Shown in pieces: positions 1-8,915 of a DNA stretch of 32,000 nt. The stretch lies in assembly GCA_000025185.1 (NCBI GenBank), contig CP001848.1:4080001-4112000 (forward strand), given 5' to 3'. A program made the position numbers and the translations under genes. Within the stretch, counting starts at the first letter, position 1. Each line of letters begins with the position of its first letter. Below the pieces are notes generated by a model, which was given only the letters and a program-made list of their open reading frames with translations, did no database searches and was not told the DNA's origin. The DNA is from Pirellula staleyi DSM 6068. GTDB taxonomy: Bacteria; Planctomycetota; Planctomycetia; Pirellulales; Pirellulaceae.

Positions 1-1
1 C

Positions 2-718
2 ATGCACAGTGCTGCCAAACCGCGAACGCACGAGATCGAAGTTGGCTTTCAGCCCCTCTCCTTTCAGGTCGGTGGCGTTGCTGTTCCAGCAGACGTACAC
101 GTTCTCGTCGGTGGCGATCTCCATGATGGCTTTGATCGTCGGGAGTTCACTGCATTGTCCGTGAACTTCCAGCCGCACTTGCTGACCAAATCCTGCAGCG
201 TACTCTCCTAGTTCGTTGAGCGCCTTGCCAATCTGCTCAATGGTTTTTTCGCGCGGCACGTTATCGTAAAACCGATCTGGTTTCACCTTCACGCCACTCC
301 CGCCAATGTCGTGGCTGAGGCGAATGAAGTCCTTGGTCTTCTCGATTGCAGCTTTCACTTTTTCAGGATCGGGGTTATCGAAACGTTCATCGCTCCCGAT
401 ACCGACAAGCGTGATCCCGGCCTCGGCAAATTGCGAAGCGACTGCCTGGCGTTGTTCGTCGTTTAAGCTCGGCTCGACCATGTGCTTGTGGGTCGTCCGT
501 AGCTCGACACCTTGCACGCCGGTCGCTTTGCAGTTTTTCAGGAGCGTGGGGAGATCCCAATCTGCGCCCCACATGTATGTAACCAGACCAAACGCGATGG
601 CACTTGGTTCAGCTTCCTGCGCTTGTGCTAGGGAGGTCAAAAACGTAGGTGCGGCAAGTGCGGCGAGCGATACTCCCGCCAGGCTTTTCAGGGCATCGCG
701 ACGATTGGTGCGAGTCAT
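2..718 (-). CDS. Sugar phosphate isomerase/epimerase (xylose isomerase-like TIM barrel) with a twin-arginine signal. It is 3'-partial and runs off the window start.
   Basis: It is absent from the ORF track because no stop lies inside the window. Manual reverse-complement translation from the ATG at 718 is uninterrupted to position 2: MTRTNRRDALKSLAGVSLAALAAPTFLTSLAQAQEAEPSAIAFGLVTYMWGADWDLPTLLKNCKATGVQGVELRTTHKHMVEPSLNDEQRQAVASQFAEAGITLVGIGSDERFDNPDPEKVKAAIEKTKDFIRLSHDIGGSGVKVKPDRF... It has an RRDALK Tat motif plus a hydrophobic region, followed by the AP-endonuclease-2/xylose-isomerase-like TIM-barrel pattern. Confidence 0.7.
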   Translation of the reverse strand, partial: MTRTNRRDALKSLAGVSLAALAAPTFLTSLAQAQEAEPSAIAFGLVTYMWGADWDLPTLLKNCKATGVQGVELRTTHKHMVEPSLNDEQRQAVASQFAEAGITLVGIGSDERFDNPDPEKVKAAIEKTKDFIRLSHDIGGSGVKVKPDRFYDNVPREKTIEQIGKALNELGEYAAGFGQQVRLEVHGQCSELPTIKAIMEIATDENVYVCWNSNATDLKGEGLKANFDLVRSRFGSTVH

Positions 719-877
719 CGAGTCGTTCCTTGTGCGTTACGTGAGAAGAGAGCGCGCGATGCGGCCCGTGACGGCGTCGCGACGTTGGGTTTGGCGATCC
801 GGAAAGTCTACCACGCTGCGCAGCAGATCGCGCCAGGATGCCGAAAATCGGGATAAACCTCTGCAATTCGCGAGGAT

Positions 878-2008
878 TTATCGATTCAGGATAGCGACCC
901 GTGGAGGTCGCTCGGCGTGGGCCGAATGAATCGCCTGAGGGAGCTGGTCGAGCGAGAATTCGAGGGGAACGAGCGACTCGAATGGAAATCGCGAACTAGC
1001 CCGCGCGAGAAACGTAATTGCACTTTGCAAATCGGCAGGGGTGTAGTTGTGCATCCCTCGAATGGTCAGGCATTTGCGAACGATTTGCTCCGCAAAAAGT
1101 GCGACAGCTGGTTGCGGAAAAACACTTCCCACTAAGATCAAACGGCCACCAGGGCGGAGCATCGCCACACTGCGCTCGATGGCACTATTGCTCCCCGACA
1201 TTTCGAGTACTACGTCGCAGCCGCGACCAGCGGTGAGTACGAGGACTTCATCGGTGAGTGCTTGCGGGTCCGCTGTCGACTGCAGTGTGTGAGTAGCGCC
1301 AAAGGCTCGGGCCTGCGCGAGACGCCCGTGATCGATATCGATTCCGATCGTGCTCGCGGCATCTTCCATCGCGCACCAAGCAAGCGCCGTGAGCCCCAGC
1401 ATGCCGCACCCTTGCACTACCACATGCTCGCCAGCACGCAGATCAGCGGCGCGGATGGCAGCGGCCACAGTCGACGTGGCGCAGCTGGCAGGTGTGGCCA
1501 CCTTAAACGACATCGTGTCGGGCACGATAGCGATGGCGGTTCCTGCGGTTAGGTGGCATGTTTCAGCAAGTCCACCCGAAAGTTTCGGCATCTTTGCGAG
1601 CGATTCGTGGCCATACTTAAACAGCGACTCGCATTTTTGCGGCAGATCGTGGGTGCAGTAAAAGCAGGTTTTGCAACTCGCCGCGACACCCCAGGTGATG
1701 CGCGAACCGATCGTTAAGGGTTCGCCGCTGAGGGAGAGAATCGTTTCGCTGCGAGGAAGCTCGACAACCCGGCCAAGCATTTCGTGCCCCAGCACCGTGG
1801 GAAGTGGAGTGCTGCGCCGACCTTCGATCGTGTGGAGATCGCTGCCACAGAGGGTGCAACATTCGATGGCGACACGCACTTCCCCCTGGCGAAGTGGTTC
1901 GACCGGAAGCGATTCGAGCTGGAGTGGATGATTGCTTCCGCGAAAGACCCAAGCGCGCGAGGTCGTCATGGCAGGCAGACTGGGGAGCGTTTGGGGAAGG
2001 GGATTCAC
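878..2008 (-). CDS. Zinc-dependent alcohol dehydrogenase, medium-chain dehydrogenase/reductase (MDR) family
   Basis: The 376-aa ORF has the catalytic-zinc region CTLCGSDLH and GHEMLGRV, the structural-zinc Cys cluster CKTCFYCTHDLPQKC, and the Rossmann motif VVVQGCGMLGL. The 2008 start is GTG; the ATG at 1969 (MTTSRAWVF) is an equally plausible start. Confidence 0.85.
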   Translation of the reverse strand: MNPLPQTLPSLPAMTTSRAWVFRGSNHPLQLESLPVEPLRQGEVRVAIECCTLCGSDLHTIEGRRSTPLPTVLGHEMLGRVVELPRSETILSLSGEPLTIGSRITWGVAASCKTCFYCTHDLPQKCESLFKYGHESLAKMPKLSGGLAETCHLTAGTAIAIVPDTMSFKVATPASCATSTVAAAIRAADLRAGEHVVVQGCGMLGLTALAWCAMEDAASTIGIDIDHGRLAQARAFGATHTLQSTADPQALTDEVLVLTAGRGCDVVLEMSGSNSAIERSVAMLRPGGRLILVGSVFPQPAVALFAEQIVRKCLTIRGMHNYTPADLQSAITFLARASSRFPFESLVPLEFSLDQLPQAIHSAHAERPPRVAILNR

Positions 2009-2052
2009 GGTCGGTGGTGCTTACTTGATGCCAGGGGAGAGATCGCTCTCAA

Positions 2053-3138
2053 CTATTTCGACTTCGAGCGGGCGGCCAATTTAGGATCGCCGGCGAGTGG
2101 CAGCTTCACTGTCTTGCCGGTTTCCGCCGCCTTGTAGATGGCGAGAATCAGTTCGACACTTCGACGGCCTTCCGCCCCATCGATCAGCGGCGCGCGACCT
2201 TTTTTGATCGCGTTTACCAGATCTTGAAACAGTCGCTGATGGCCATGAAAACCGATCGCCTTGGGATCGGCAGCTCCGCCCCCTGAGGTGGTTTTGCTCG
2301 CCATTTTTGCGAGCAGTTCTTCATCGGCCTTTGTTTTCTTCGCGAATTCCCAGCGGGTGATATCTTCCTCGCGCATCGCCACACTGCCATCGCTGCCGTG
2401 CAGTTCTACGCGTTTCAGCTCGCCTGGAAATGCAGCCGTGCTCGCTTCAATCACACCGAGCGCGCCACTGGCGAACTTCACGGTGGCAACGGCAGTGTCT
2501 TCCACTTCAATACGCTCGTGAGCGAGCATCGCCGTGTGGGCGCTCACTTCCACCACAGGACCCATGAACCAGAGCAGCAAATCGATGCTGTGAATCGCCT
2601 GATTCATCAGCGCTCCGCCACCGTCGAGATTCCAAGTGCCGCGCCATGCGCCGCTGTCGTAGTACTGCTGTGTGCGAAACCATTTCACGTAAGCATCGCC
2701 GAGCGTCATGCGCCCAAGACGCCCTTTGTCGACTGCCTGTTTGATGAGTCGCGACGAATCGTGAAAACGCGAGGGAAAAATCGTTGAGAGAATCACTCCC
2801 GCTTTGTTGCAGGCATCGATGATGGCGTCGCAGCGCTTCAGTGTGATCTCGAGCGGCTTCTCGACCACCACATGCTTGCCAGCTTTCGCGGCGGCCACGG
2901 CAGGCTCGAGGTGCGCTCCGCTGGGAGTGCAAATCGTGACGATATTCACCGCCGGATCGGCGAGCATCGCCTGCAAGTCGCTGTAAGCTTTGCAGCCCGT
3001 TTCCGCAGCGAATTTATCGGCCGACGACTGTGTAGCACTGTAGCACGCAACCAGTTTGGCTCCGCTGGTCGCCTCGATAGCACGCGCATGAAAGCGGGCG
3101 ATCATGCCGCATCCAACAATGGCAAATCCAAGTGGCAC
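2053..3138 (-). CDS. Gfo/Idh/MocA family NAD(P)-dependent oxidoreductase
   Basis: The 361-aa ORF has the N-terminal Rossmann segment GFAIVGCGMIARFHARAI, the EKP motif (VVVEKPLE), and a C-terminal alpha/beta domain typical of the family. It uses a GTG start with GGAG 9 nt upstream. Confidence 0.9.
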   Translation of the reverse strand: MPLGFAIVGCGMIARFHARAIEATSGAKLVACYSATQSSADKFAAETGCKAYSDLQAMLADPAVNIVTICTPSGAHLEPAVAAAKAGKHVVVEKPLEITLKRCDAIIDACNKAGVILSTIFPSRFHDSSRLIKQAVDKGRLGRMTLGDAYVKWFRTQQYYDSGAWRGTWNLDGGGALMNQAIHSIDLLLWFMGPVVEVSAHTAMLAHERIEVEDTAVATVKFASGALGVIEASTAAFPGELKRVELHGSDGSVAMREEDITRWEFAKKTKADEELLAKMASKTTSGGGAADPKAIGFHGHQRLFQDLVNAIKKGRAPLIDGAEGRRSVELILAIYKAAETGKTVKLPLAGDPKLAARSKSK

Positions 3139-3235
3139 TTTTGCAGGCTCCGCAAGGGAAAGGGCTCGAGGTCACGCTGTCGTGGTGAGCCCTAAGGATA
3201 GCAGCGGAGCAGTCGATTGCTAAGGGGCAATTTTA

Positions 3236-4306
3236 TTAAGGTTGAGGCGTGGAAGGGCTCAAAAACACCTCAGAATAGAGGGCCAGCAGGCTGAGGAAGT
3301 TCAGCAGAAAGTGGACCACCAGCGACGGCGTGATGCGATGCGTGCGGTGATAGAGGAACCCCAAAACCAGGGCCAAGATGGTGAGCGCCACCCAGTCGGG
3401 ACCATGACTGTAGTGCATCAGAGCAAAGATGATCGAGCTTGTGAAAATGGCGATCATCGAGTGCCGTAAACGAGGCGCACGTGTGCTAGACACATCGACT
3501 AGCAGGGCCGCATCAGCGGGGGCTTCTGTCGGAGGCGATTCCTGCTTCAGCAGCACAGGCATTGCACAGGTTGGTGCCTCGCCAGGAAGGCTCGCGGTCT
3601 CCGTGGCGCTTGAAGCGAGCGGTGGGCTGGCAGCATTTGGGCGTCCGCCAAACAGAAGTTCAAAGCCTCCCTCGCGTCGATAGGTCACCACGCGCTCGAT
3701 CCAGCCTTGCAGCAGCACGCGAAAGAAAAACTCTTCCACGAGAGGGGCTACTATCACCGCCGAAAAAGCAATCACCACAAATAGCGTGGGATTCGGCAAG
3801 TCGCGGAGTGTTTCCATCAGCGGATGCTTCGACGGCTTCCAAAAGGTGACGAGCACTCCCTGGATGGTGAAGATCACGGGGGCAATCATTGCGAACGCCA
3901 CGGTGCCGAGCTGAACATCGTGCCCCAGCATCTTGAGATCGCAGCCCAGGTCGAAAGCCGACGCGCGAAAGCGGTAGCAGATCAGTCCGATGATCGCGAC
4001 CATCGTCAGCAGTTTGGCGATTCCTTCCGAGCCGATGATGGCCGTTTGTCCGCGGATGTCGAGCGACTCGAGCGCAACCTTCGGAGGGAGATAGCCCAAA
4101 GAAATCAGCGACTGAATGGCCAGGGCGGAGAAGAAAATCAGGATCAGCACGCAGGCTACGAGATCGAGAAGTCCCCACGGCACAGGGAGTCGCGGCGTGT
4201 GTGGCAGAATCGCTTCGCCACGTCGCCATTTGCCGAACGAGACGATCCAGCCACCGATCGACAGCCCCAGCAAGGTGAGCGTGATGAAATTGATCACCAG
4301 CAGCAT
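3236..4306 (-). CDS. CPBP family (CAAX/Abi-like) intramembrane glutamic endopeptidase
   Basis: The 356-aa polytopic membrane protein carries the three CPBP motifs: EEFFFRVLLQG (EExxxR), FALMHY (FxxxH) and HFLLNF (HxxxN). Its start lies 13 nt after the pgsA stop, so it is probably co-transcribed. Confidence 0.8.
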   Translation of the reverse strand: MLLVINFITLTLLGLSIGGWIVSFGKWRRGEAILPHTPRLPVPWGLLDLVACVLILIFFSALAIQSLISLGYLPPKVALESLDIRGQTAIIGSEGIAKLLTMVAIIGLICYRFRASAFDLGCDLKMLGHDVQLGTVAFAMIAPVIFTIQGVLVTFWKPSKHPLMETLRDLPNPTLFVVIAFSAVIVAPLVEEFFFRVLLQGWIERVVTYRREGGFELLFGGRPNAASPPLASSATETASLPGEAPTCAMPVLLKQESPPTEAPADAALLVDVSSTRAPRLRHSMIAIFTSSIIFALMHYSHGPDWVALTILALVLGFLYHRTHRITPSLVVHFLLNFLSLLALYSEVFLSPSTPQP

Positions 4307-4318
4307 GTGATCAACTTC

Positions 4319-4951
4319 CTATGTGCGGAAGCGACGGACAGCGGCGATCACGTACTCGAGTCCCGAGTAGATGGTGATGGCAACAGCGGCCCAAACACTC
4401 ACAGGAACTGCCGTGGCAAGCCAAGCGGGAGCCGGTTTGTCGTCTCCAAATTCTTTGAAGTGTCGCAGTAGCACAATGCTGGCGACGACGGCGACGCACT
4501 GCAGCAGCATTTTGATTTTGCCCGACAGCTGCGCAGAAAAATCACCCCCACTTTGCTCGATAAAACTACGCAAAGCAGTCACCAGCATTTCGCGTCCCAT
4601 CACAACCACAGCAACCCACGCGGCGATGCCGCTGTTGGGCTCGGCAACGAGGAACACAAACGTGCCGCAGATAATAATCTTGTCGACAATCGGGTCGAAC
4701 ACACGACCGACCTTGGTCACCTGATTGAACTTGCGGGCCCAGTAGCCGTCGATCCAGTCGGTCGAAGCAGCGATCACAAACGAGGCGAGCGCTTGGGTGT
4801 AGAGCTTGTTCGCCAGGAAGTAGAACACAGCGACTGAAATAACCAGCCGCAGCGCTGTGATCGCGTTCGGAACGTTCACAATCTGGTTCGACACTTCTGG
4901 GGCTGCTGATTCGCTCGAGCCCAGCGGTTTCTTCTTGTTGTTCTTCGCCAC
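4319..4951 (-). CDS. pgsA: CDP-diacylglycerol--glycerol-3-phosphate 3-phosphatidyltransferase
   Basis: The 210-aa ORF has the CDP-alcohol phosphatidyltransferase signature DWIDGYWARKFNQVTKVGRVFDPIVDKI (DG..AR...G...D...D). It is colinear with E. coli PgsA, including the REMLVTALR...GKIKMLLQ region. It uses a GTG start with GAGGAA upstream. Confidence 0.8.
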   Translation of the reverse strand: MAKNNKKKPLGSSESAAPEVSNQIVNVPNAITALRLVISVAVFYFLANKLYTQALASFVIAASTDWIDGYWARKFNQVTKVGRVFDPIVDKIIICGTFVFLVAEPNSGIAAWVAVVVMGREMLVTALRSFIEQSGGDFSAQLSGKIKMLLQCVAVVASIVLLRHFKEFGDDKPAPAWLATAVPVSVWAAVAITIYSGLEYVIAAVRRFRT

Positions 4952-5006
4952 GATCGTTCCTCGAGTTGCAACGTCTTGTTGTGTTGGGAATGTCGAGCAA
5001 ATCTCA

Positions 5007-6470
5007 CTAACGGGTCACACCACCGACCGCAATGCCGACGAGATCGTACTGCTGCGAGGTAACGATTTGCACGTCGACAATATCACCCGCATGCAGGCGA
5101 TATTTGTGACCCGTCACGAACACCAGCCCATCGACGTCCGGAGCATCGGCCATGCTGCGGCCAATCCAAACGTTCTTTTCCCCTTCGACAGACTGATCCA
5201 AGATCACCGGCATCACCTTGTCGATCTGGGCTTCGTTCCAAGCGAACGCCAGTTCTTGCTGCACTGCCATCAGTGCTTCGCGACGTTCGTTCTTCACTTC
5301 TTCGCTCAGATGGTCGGGCAGGTTAGCGGCCGGAGTATCGGGCTCAAACGAGTAGGTGAAGACACCCATTCGCTCAAACTTTTGCTCGCGGAGAAATTCG
5401 CGGAGCTCTTCGTACTGCTCCTGTGTTTCACCAGGAAACCCGGTGATAAACGTGGTGCGAAGGGTGAGATTAGGAATCGCTTCACGCAATTTTTTGATCT
5501 GCAGTTCGGTCTCGGCGCGGGTGACGCGGCGGCTCATGCGACGGAGCATCGTGTCGTTGATGTGCTGCAGCGGCATGTCGATGTAGGGGACGATCTTCTC
5601 GCTTTTGGCGATCACGTCGATCAATTCGTCGGTGATGTACATCGGGTAGAAGTACATCAGGCGAATCCACTGGATGCCTTCGACTTTTTCAATCTCGCGC
5701 AGGAGTTCTGCGAGCCTCGGTTCGCCGTAAAGATCGATGCCGTAGTACGTGGTGTCTTGCGCCACGATGACGAGTTCTTTCACGCCATCCGCAGCCAGTT
5801 GCCGAGCCTCTTTGAGCACTTCTTCCATCGGCTTGGTGGCGTGCTTACCACGCATCTTGGGGATTGCGCAGAACGTGCAAAGACGATCGCAACCTTCGCT
5901 GATTTTGAGATACGCAAAGTGACGTGGCGTGATGCGGAGGCGATCGGTATCGCTCAGAGCGCGAATCGGCGCGGGCTGAAACACGCTGCGCTGCTCTTCG
6001 AGACTTCCGAGCAAACGGTCGGCAACTTGTGTGATCTGCTCACGACCAAAAACGCCCACCAGGCAGTCGATGCCTGGGCGATCTTCGAGGAGCTGTTCTT
6101 TTTGCCGTTCAGCGAGACAGCCCGAAACAATCACACCCTTGGTGCGCCCCTGTTTTTTGAGTTCCAGCATCTCGTCGATTGCTTGAAACGATTCGGTACG
6201 AGCCCGCTCGATAAAGCCGCAGGTGTTCACCACCACGAAGTCGGCGCCATCGGGTTCGGCAACCAGATCGTAGCCATCGAGCTTCAATAGGCCCAGCATT
6301 CGTTCGCTGTCAACCAGGTTCTTCGGACAGCCGAGCGATACGAACGAGTACGTACCCTTGGCGGCTTTGGCAGGGGGCTGTTGGGCGTATTTCGATCTGG
6401 CCACGGGAACTACCTCAATCGGCGATCGCTCGCGATTGTCGCCTCGTGGCGATTCGCGGCTTAACGCCAA
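5007..6470 (-). CDS. rimO: Ribosomal protein S12 methylthiotransferase RimO (radical SAM MTTase)
   Basis: The ORF has the N-terminal MTTase motif SLGCPKNLVDSE, the radical-SAM cluster motif EGCDRLCTFCAIP and a C-terminal TRAM-like domain. The 6470 start is TTG. A GTG at 6404 (VARSKYAQ...) preceded by GAGG is a likely true start. Confidence 0.9.
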   Translation of the reverse strand: MALSRESPRGDNRERSPIEVVPVARSKYAQQPPAKAAKGTYSFVSLGCPKNLVDSERMLGLLKLDGYDLVAEPDGADFVVVNTCGFIERARTESFQAIDEMLELKKQGRTKGVIVSGCLAERQKEQLLEDRPGIDCLVGVFGREQITQVADRLLGSLEEQRSVFQPAPIRALSDTDRLRITPRHFAYLKISEGCDRLCTFCAIPKMRGKHATKPMEEVLKEARQLAADGVKELVIVAQDTTYYGIDLYGEPRLAELLREIEKVEGIQWIRLMYFYPMYITDELIDVIAKSEKIVPYIDMPLQHINDTMLRRMSRRVTRAETELQIKKLREAIPNLTLRTTFITGFPGETQEQYEELREFLREQKFERMGVFTYSFEPDTPAANLPDHLSEEVKNERREALMAVQQELAFAWNEAQIDKVMPVILDQSVEGEKNVWIGRSMADAPDVDGLVFVTGHKYRLHAGDIVDVQIVTSQQYDLVGIAVGGVTR

Positions 6471-6734
6471 GCGTGCGAGAAATTCGTAAGCCTATGAGAG
6501 TAACACCGTTACGGTAGCTTTGGGAAGGGCTTGAAACAGAGCCTGCGGCTAGTTTTGACGAGATTCCACCCCGGCAGTTTTAACCGTTCAAGCACGGTTT
6601 TGCTCGCTTTCCAGCTTCCCCAAGCGATCAAAACTCCAACGCATAGCTATCAGATGCAGATTTGTCGCCAAGAGACCGGCTTTTGATCAGGGGGCGGATC
6701 AGTATCTTGAGAAAATGGATTTAAGTGTATGATT

Positions 6735-6740
6735 TATAAT
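6735..6740 (+). promoter_or_regulatory. Perfect TATAAT hexamer in an AT-rich patch; candidate -10 box for the BMC shell gene
   Basis: TATAAT lies at 6735-6740 inside the only strongly AT-rich stretch (about 6700-6760) of the rimO/BMC divergent intergenic region. No good -35 hexamer occurs at 16-18 nt spacing. Confidence 0.2.
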
Positions 6741-6745
6741 GGTTT

Positions 6746-7564
6746 ATGTTGATTTGTGGGGCTCCAAGGCGCCTAGCGTTTTCGGCTTATTCCGACCTCG
6801 AAGGGGGTGAAGTTGCGAGGAAATCTGACGACTGGGCTGCCGACGCAAACAGGGCAAGTTATACTCTTCAGTCGAGAGTCGGCTCTCGCAATGTTTCCCG
6901 CCCATCCTTCAGCCGGATATTCGCAACTGTGCAAGCAGCTCTTGGAATCCTGGAAGTCTTTGGACTGACACCGGCGATGATCGCCCTCGACACCATGGAA
7001 AAGGCCGCAGAAGTGCGTCTGTTCCAGTGGGAACTCAACGACTGGTCGGGGGTGGTGCTCAAGATGACGGGAGATGTCTCGGCGCTTCGTTCGGCAATCG
7101 ACGCCGGACATGCCGTAAGCGAGCAGCTGCAAGCTCGTCCCACGTCGACGATTATCAATCGCCCCGATGATCGCGCGATGGCAGCTTTGAAGAGCCCTCT
7201 CGAAACTAGTGCCGTGCTTCAGCAAGGTACCGTGAAAAATCCTAATTACGAAATTGTTGGCGGAAAGAGTGAGGTAACTGTGGCTGATCAATCGTCGCAA
7301 GCGCTCGGCTTCATCGAAACCCAAGGCTTCGTTGCGGTGTTTGAGGCAATCGATTCGGCTTGTAAAGCTGCGAATGTGGAAGTCATCGGCAAGGAAAAGC
7401 TCGGTGGCGGATACATCACCGTGGTGATCCGTGGCGATGTGGCCGCTGTGAAAGCCGCCATCGACGCCGGCACCGCTCGCGCTGCAACGCTCGGCAAGGT
7501 GATTGCTGGACACGTCATCGCTCGCCCATCGGCTGGCGTGATGAGCCTGCTCCCTAAGTCCTAA
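6746..7564 (+). CDS. Tandem-domain bacterial microcompartment (BMC) shell protein, BMC-T-like
   Basis: There are two BMC (PF00936-type) domains. Domain 2 is canonical (ALGFIETQGFVAVFEAIDSACKAANVEVIGKEKLGGGYITVVIRGDVAAVKAAIDAGTARAATLGKVIAGHVIARP). Domain 1 is divergent (ALGILEVFGLTPAMIALDTMEKAAEVRLFQWELNDWSGVVLKMTGDVSALRSAIDAGHAVSEQL). The N-terminal 61 aa of the maximal ORF are uncertain. A GTG at 6929 would give MQAALGILEV..., a typical BMC N-terminus. Confidence 0.85.
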   Translation: MLICGAPRRLAFSAYSDLEGGEVARKSDDWAADANRASYTLQSRVGSRNVSRPSFSRIFATVQAALGILEVFGLTPAMIALDTMEKAAEVRLFQWELNDWSGVVLKMTGDVSALRSAIDAGHAVSEQLQARPTSTIINRPDDRAMAALKSPLETSAVLQQGTVKNPNYEIVGGKSEVTVADQSSQALGFIETQGFVAVFEAIDSACKAANVEVIGKEKLGGGYITVVIRGDVAAVKAAIDAGTARAATLGKVIAGHVIARPSAGVMSLLPKS

Positions 7565-7630
7565 ATAGCTCCGCGAAGCATTGGGCCTAGCCAACGAGCT
7601 TCCGAAAAATTGGCAAACCTGAACATCCAG

Positions 7631-7668
7631 CGCGCGATAAGCGACCCATCGCTTGTCGCGTGCTTTTG
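7631..7668 (+). terminator. Intrinsic terminator candidate after the BMC gene
   Basis: The stem is CGCGCGATAAGCGA (7631-7644) paired with TCGCTTGTCGCGTG (7649-7662), with loop CCCA. It includes G-U pairs valid in the + sense and is followed by CTTTTGCG. Confidence 0.5.
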
Positions 7669-7740
7669 CGCGCTAGTTGTGTTCCCTCAGCCGCGAAATA
7701 CGCGCACCTCTCCAGCACTTGCGAAAAGGACTTTGCCCCG

Positions 7741-8475
7741 ATGTTCTCCCGCCGCCATTTTCTTGCTTTGAGCCTAGCTACAGCTTCATCCCTCGCGCTT
7801 TCGCAGCAGCTGCTGGCCGAGGATGAAAAGCCTGCTGATGCCAAGCTCCCTGCTGGGGACAAGCCTGCTGAAGAGCGGCCGGGCGAGGTCGTCATTAAGG
7901 TCGATGCCAGCGAAACGCCCGACTTGGCACGCTGGTGCGACGATGCTGCGGCGATCTTAAAAGAGTGGCATCCGAAAATCGAAGCGCTGCTGGCGACGGA
8001 AGGTTTCACCGCCCCGCGCGAAATCAAAATCATGATGCGAAAAGATATGAAGGGAGTCGCCGCCACGGGTGGCACCACAATCTATGTCGCGGCCAACTAC
8101 GTCCGGCAGAATCCCGACGACAAAGGGATGATGGTACACGAACTAACGCACGCCATTCAGCGCTACCCAAAATACGATCCTGCTTGGCTCGTCGAAGCGA
8201 TCGCCGACTACGTCCGGTTCTATCACTACGAGCCGGGTGTGAAGCTCGACCGCGTCGATCCGAACCGGCAAAGCTATCGCGATGGCTACCGCAGTTCCTC
8301 GATGTTCGTCGCGTGGTGTAAAGAGACGGAAGGGGACAAGCTCTTCCTGGCCCTCCATGGAGCACTTCGCCAAGGCAAATATCGCTACGACTTGTGGAAA
8401 GAAGCTTGCGGCAAAAGCCTCGATCGCCTCTGGGCCGACTTCCTCGAATCAAACGCCGCCCAAGGCCGCAGTTAG
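7741..8475 (+). CDS. Secreted basic-secretory-protein (BSP) family peptidase-like protein (peptidase of plants and bacteria)
   Basis: It has a Tat/Sec-like N-terminus MFSRRHFLALSLATASSLALS and an HExxH site in MVHELTHAIQRYP, followed by WLVEAIADYVRF, the BSP-family pattern. I prefer the ATG at 7741 over the track start at 7660, because 7660 lies inside the upstream terminator hairpin. Confidence 0.75.
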   Translation: MFSRRHFLALSLATASSLALSQQLLAEDEKPADAKLPAGDKPAEERPGEVVIKVDASETPDLARWCDDAAAILKEWHPKIEALLATEGFTAPREIKIMMRKDMKGVAATGGTTIYVAANYVRQNPDDKGMMVHELTHAIQRYPKYDPAWLVEAIADYVRFYHYEPGVKLDRVDPNRQSYRDGYRSSSMFVAWCKETEGDKLFLALHGALRQGKYRYDLWKEACGKSLDRLWADFLESNAAQGRS

Positions 8476-8564
8476 TTGCCGTCGCCAGCCCTTGGGGTTT
8501 GCGAAACGTCGCTGATTTTCAGTGAAAAACGACGATGTCGCGGCCTACTGAATCGCCTCTCGCT

Positions 8565-8915
8565 TCAATTGCTCGGCTGAGAGGCGAGGATGCGGGGGAG
8601 GTCGAAAAGGGTGCGGGCGGAGCCAGCGAGGGGGTCGAGCACGGCGTAGAGAATGCCACTTTCGACCGAGGCGCGGAGAATGCTCAGGAGCGCGTCGGAT
8701 TTGGGCTGCAACTCGTTCCACTCCGAGGAGCGAATGCCCAGTTCGCTGCGATAGGCGGCTGCATTCTCGCGCGAGGAAAACAGGGCGACTGCTTCGTGCC
8801 CGGTCTCCATTTTCCAGGTCGCAAAACTCGCTGCCCCATCGGCCACACGGTAGAGCAGCAGGGGCTCGATCGACATGCCATTGGAGCCTTCGAGCGGGGC
8901 CGTGAGTGAGCTCAC
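8565..8915 (-). CDS. Hypothetical small protein (116 aa), apparently translationally coupled to the PhyH gene
   Basis: The amino-acid composition is balanced and protein-like (LLYRVADGAASFATWKMETGHEAVALFSSRENAAAYRSEL...). Its GTG start overlaps the upstream TGA stop (GTGA at 8912-8915). I recognise no family. The internal Met (MSIEPLL) is an alternative start. Confidence 0.5.
   Translation of the reverse strand: MSSLTAPLEGSNGMSIEPLLLYRVADGAASFATWKMETGHEAVALFSSRENAAAYRSELGIRSSEWNELQPKSDALLSILRASVESGILYAVLDPLAGSARTLFDLPRILASQPSN

Noticed and set aside
2-929. + strand ORFs 2-211 and 306-929
   Set aside because: They overlap the minus-strand TIM-barrel gene, which I could translate without stops from 718 to the window edge with a Tat signal. 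The + strand products are Ser/Arg/Ala-rich and motif-free.
4857-6290. 477-aa ORF on the + strand
   Set aside because: It lies entirely antisense to rimO, whose translation carries clear radical-SAM/MTTase motifs. Its own translation is low-information (many H/F/L/R/V) with no motifs. It is a typical high-GC shadow ORF.
6773-7594. 273-aa ORF on the - strand
   Set aside because: It is antisense to the tandem BMC-domain gene. The + strand translation contains two clear BMC domains.
7660-7740. Upstream extension of the BSP peptidase ORF (track start 7660)
   Set aside because: The extension begins inside the terminator hairpin of the BMC gene and precedes a clean signal peptide that starts at the ATG at 7741.
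8535-8909. 124-aa ORF on the + strand
   Set aside because: It overlaps the minus-strand 116-aa ORF, which is coupled to the PhyH gene. The + strand product is Gly/Ala/Arg/Glu-rich, as is typical of antisense frames.
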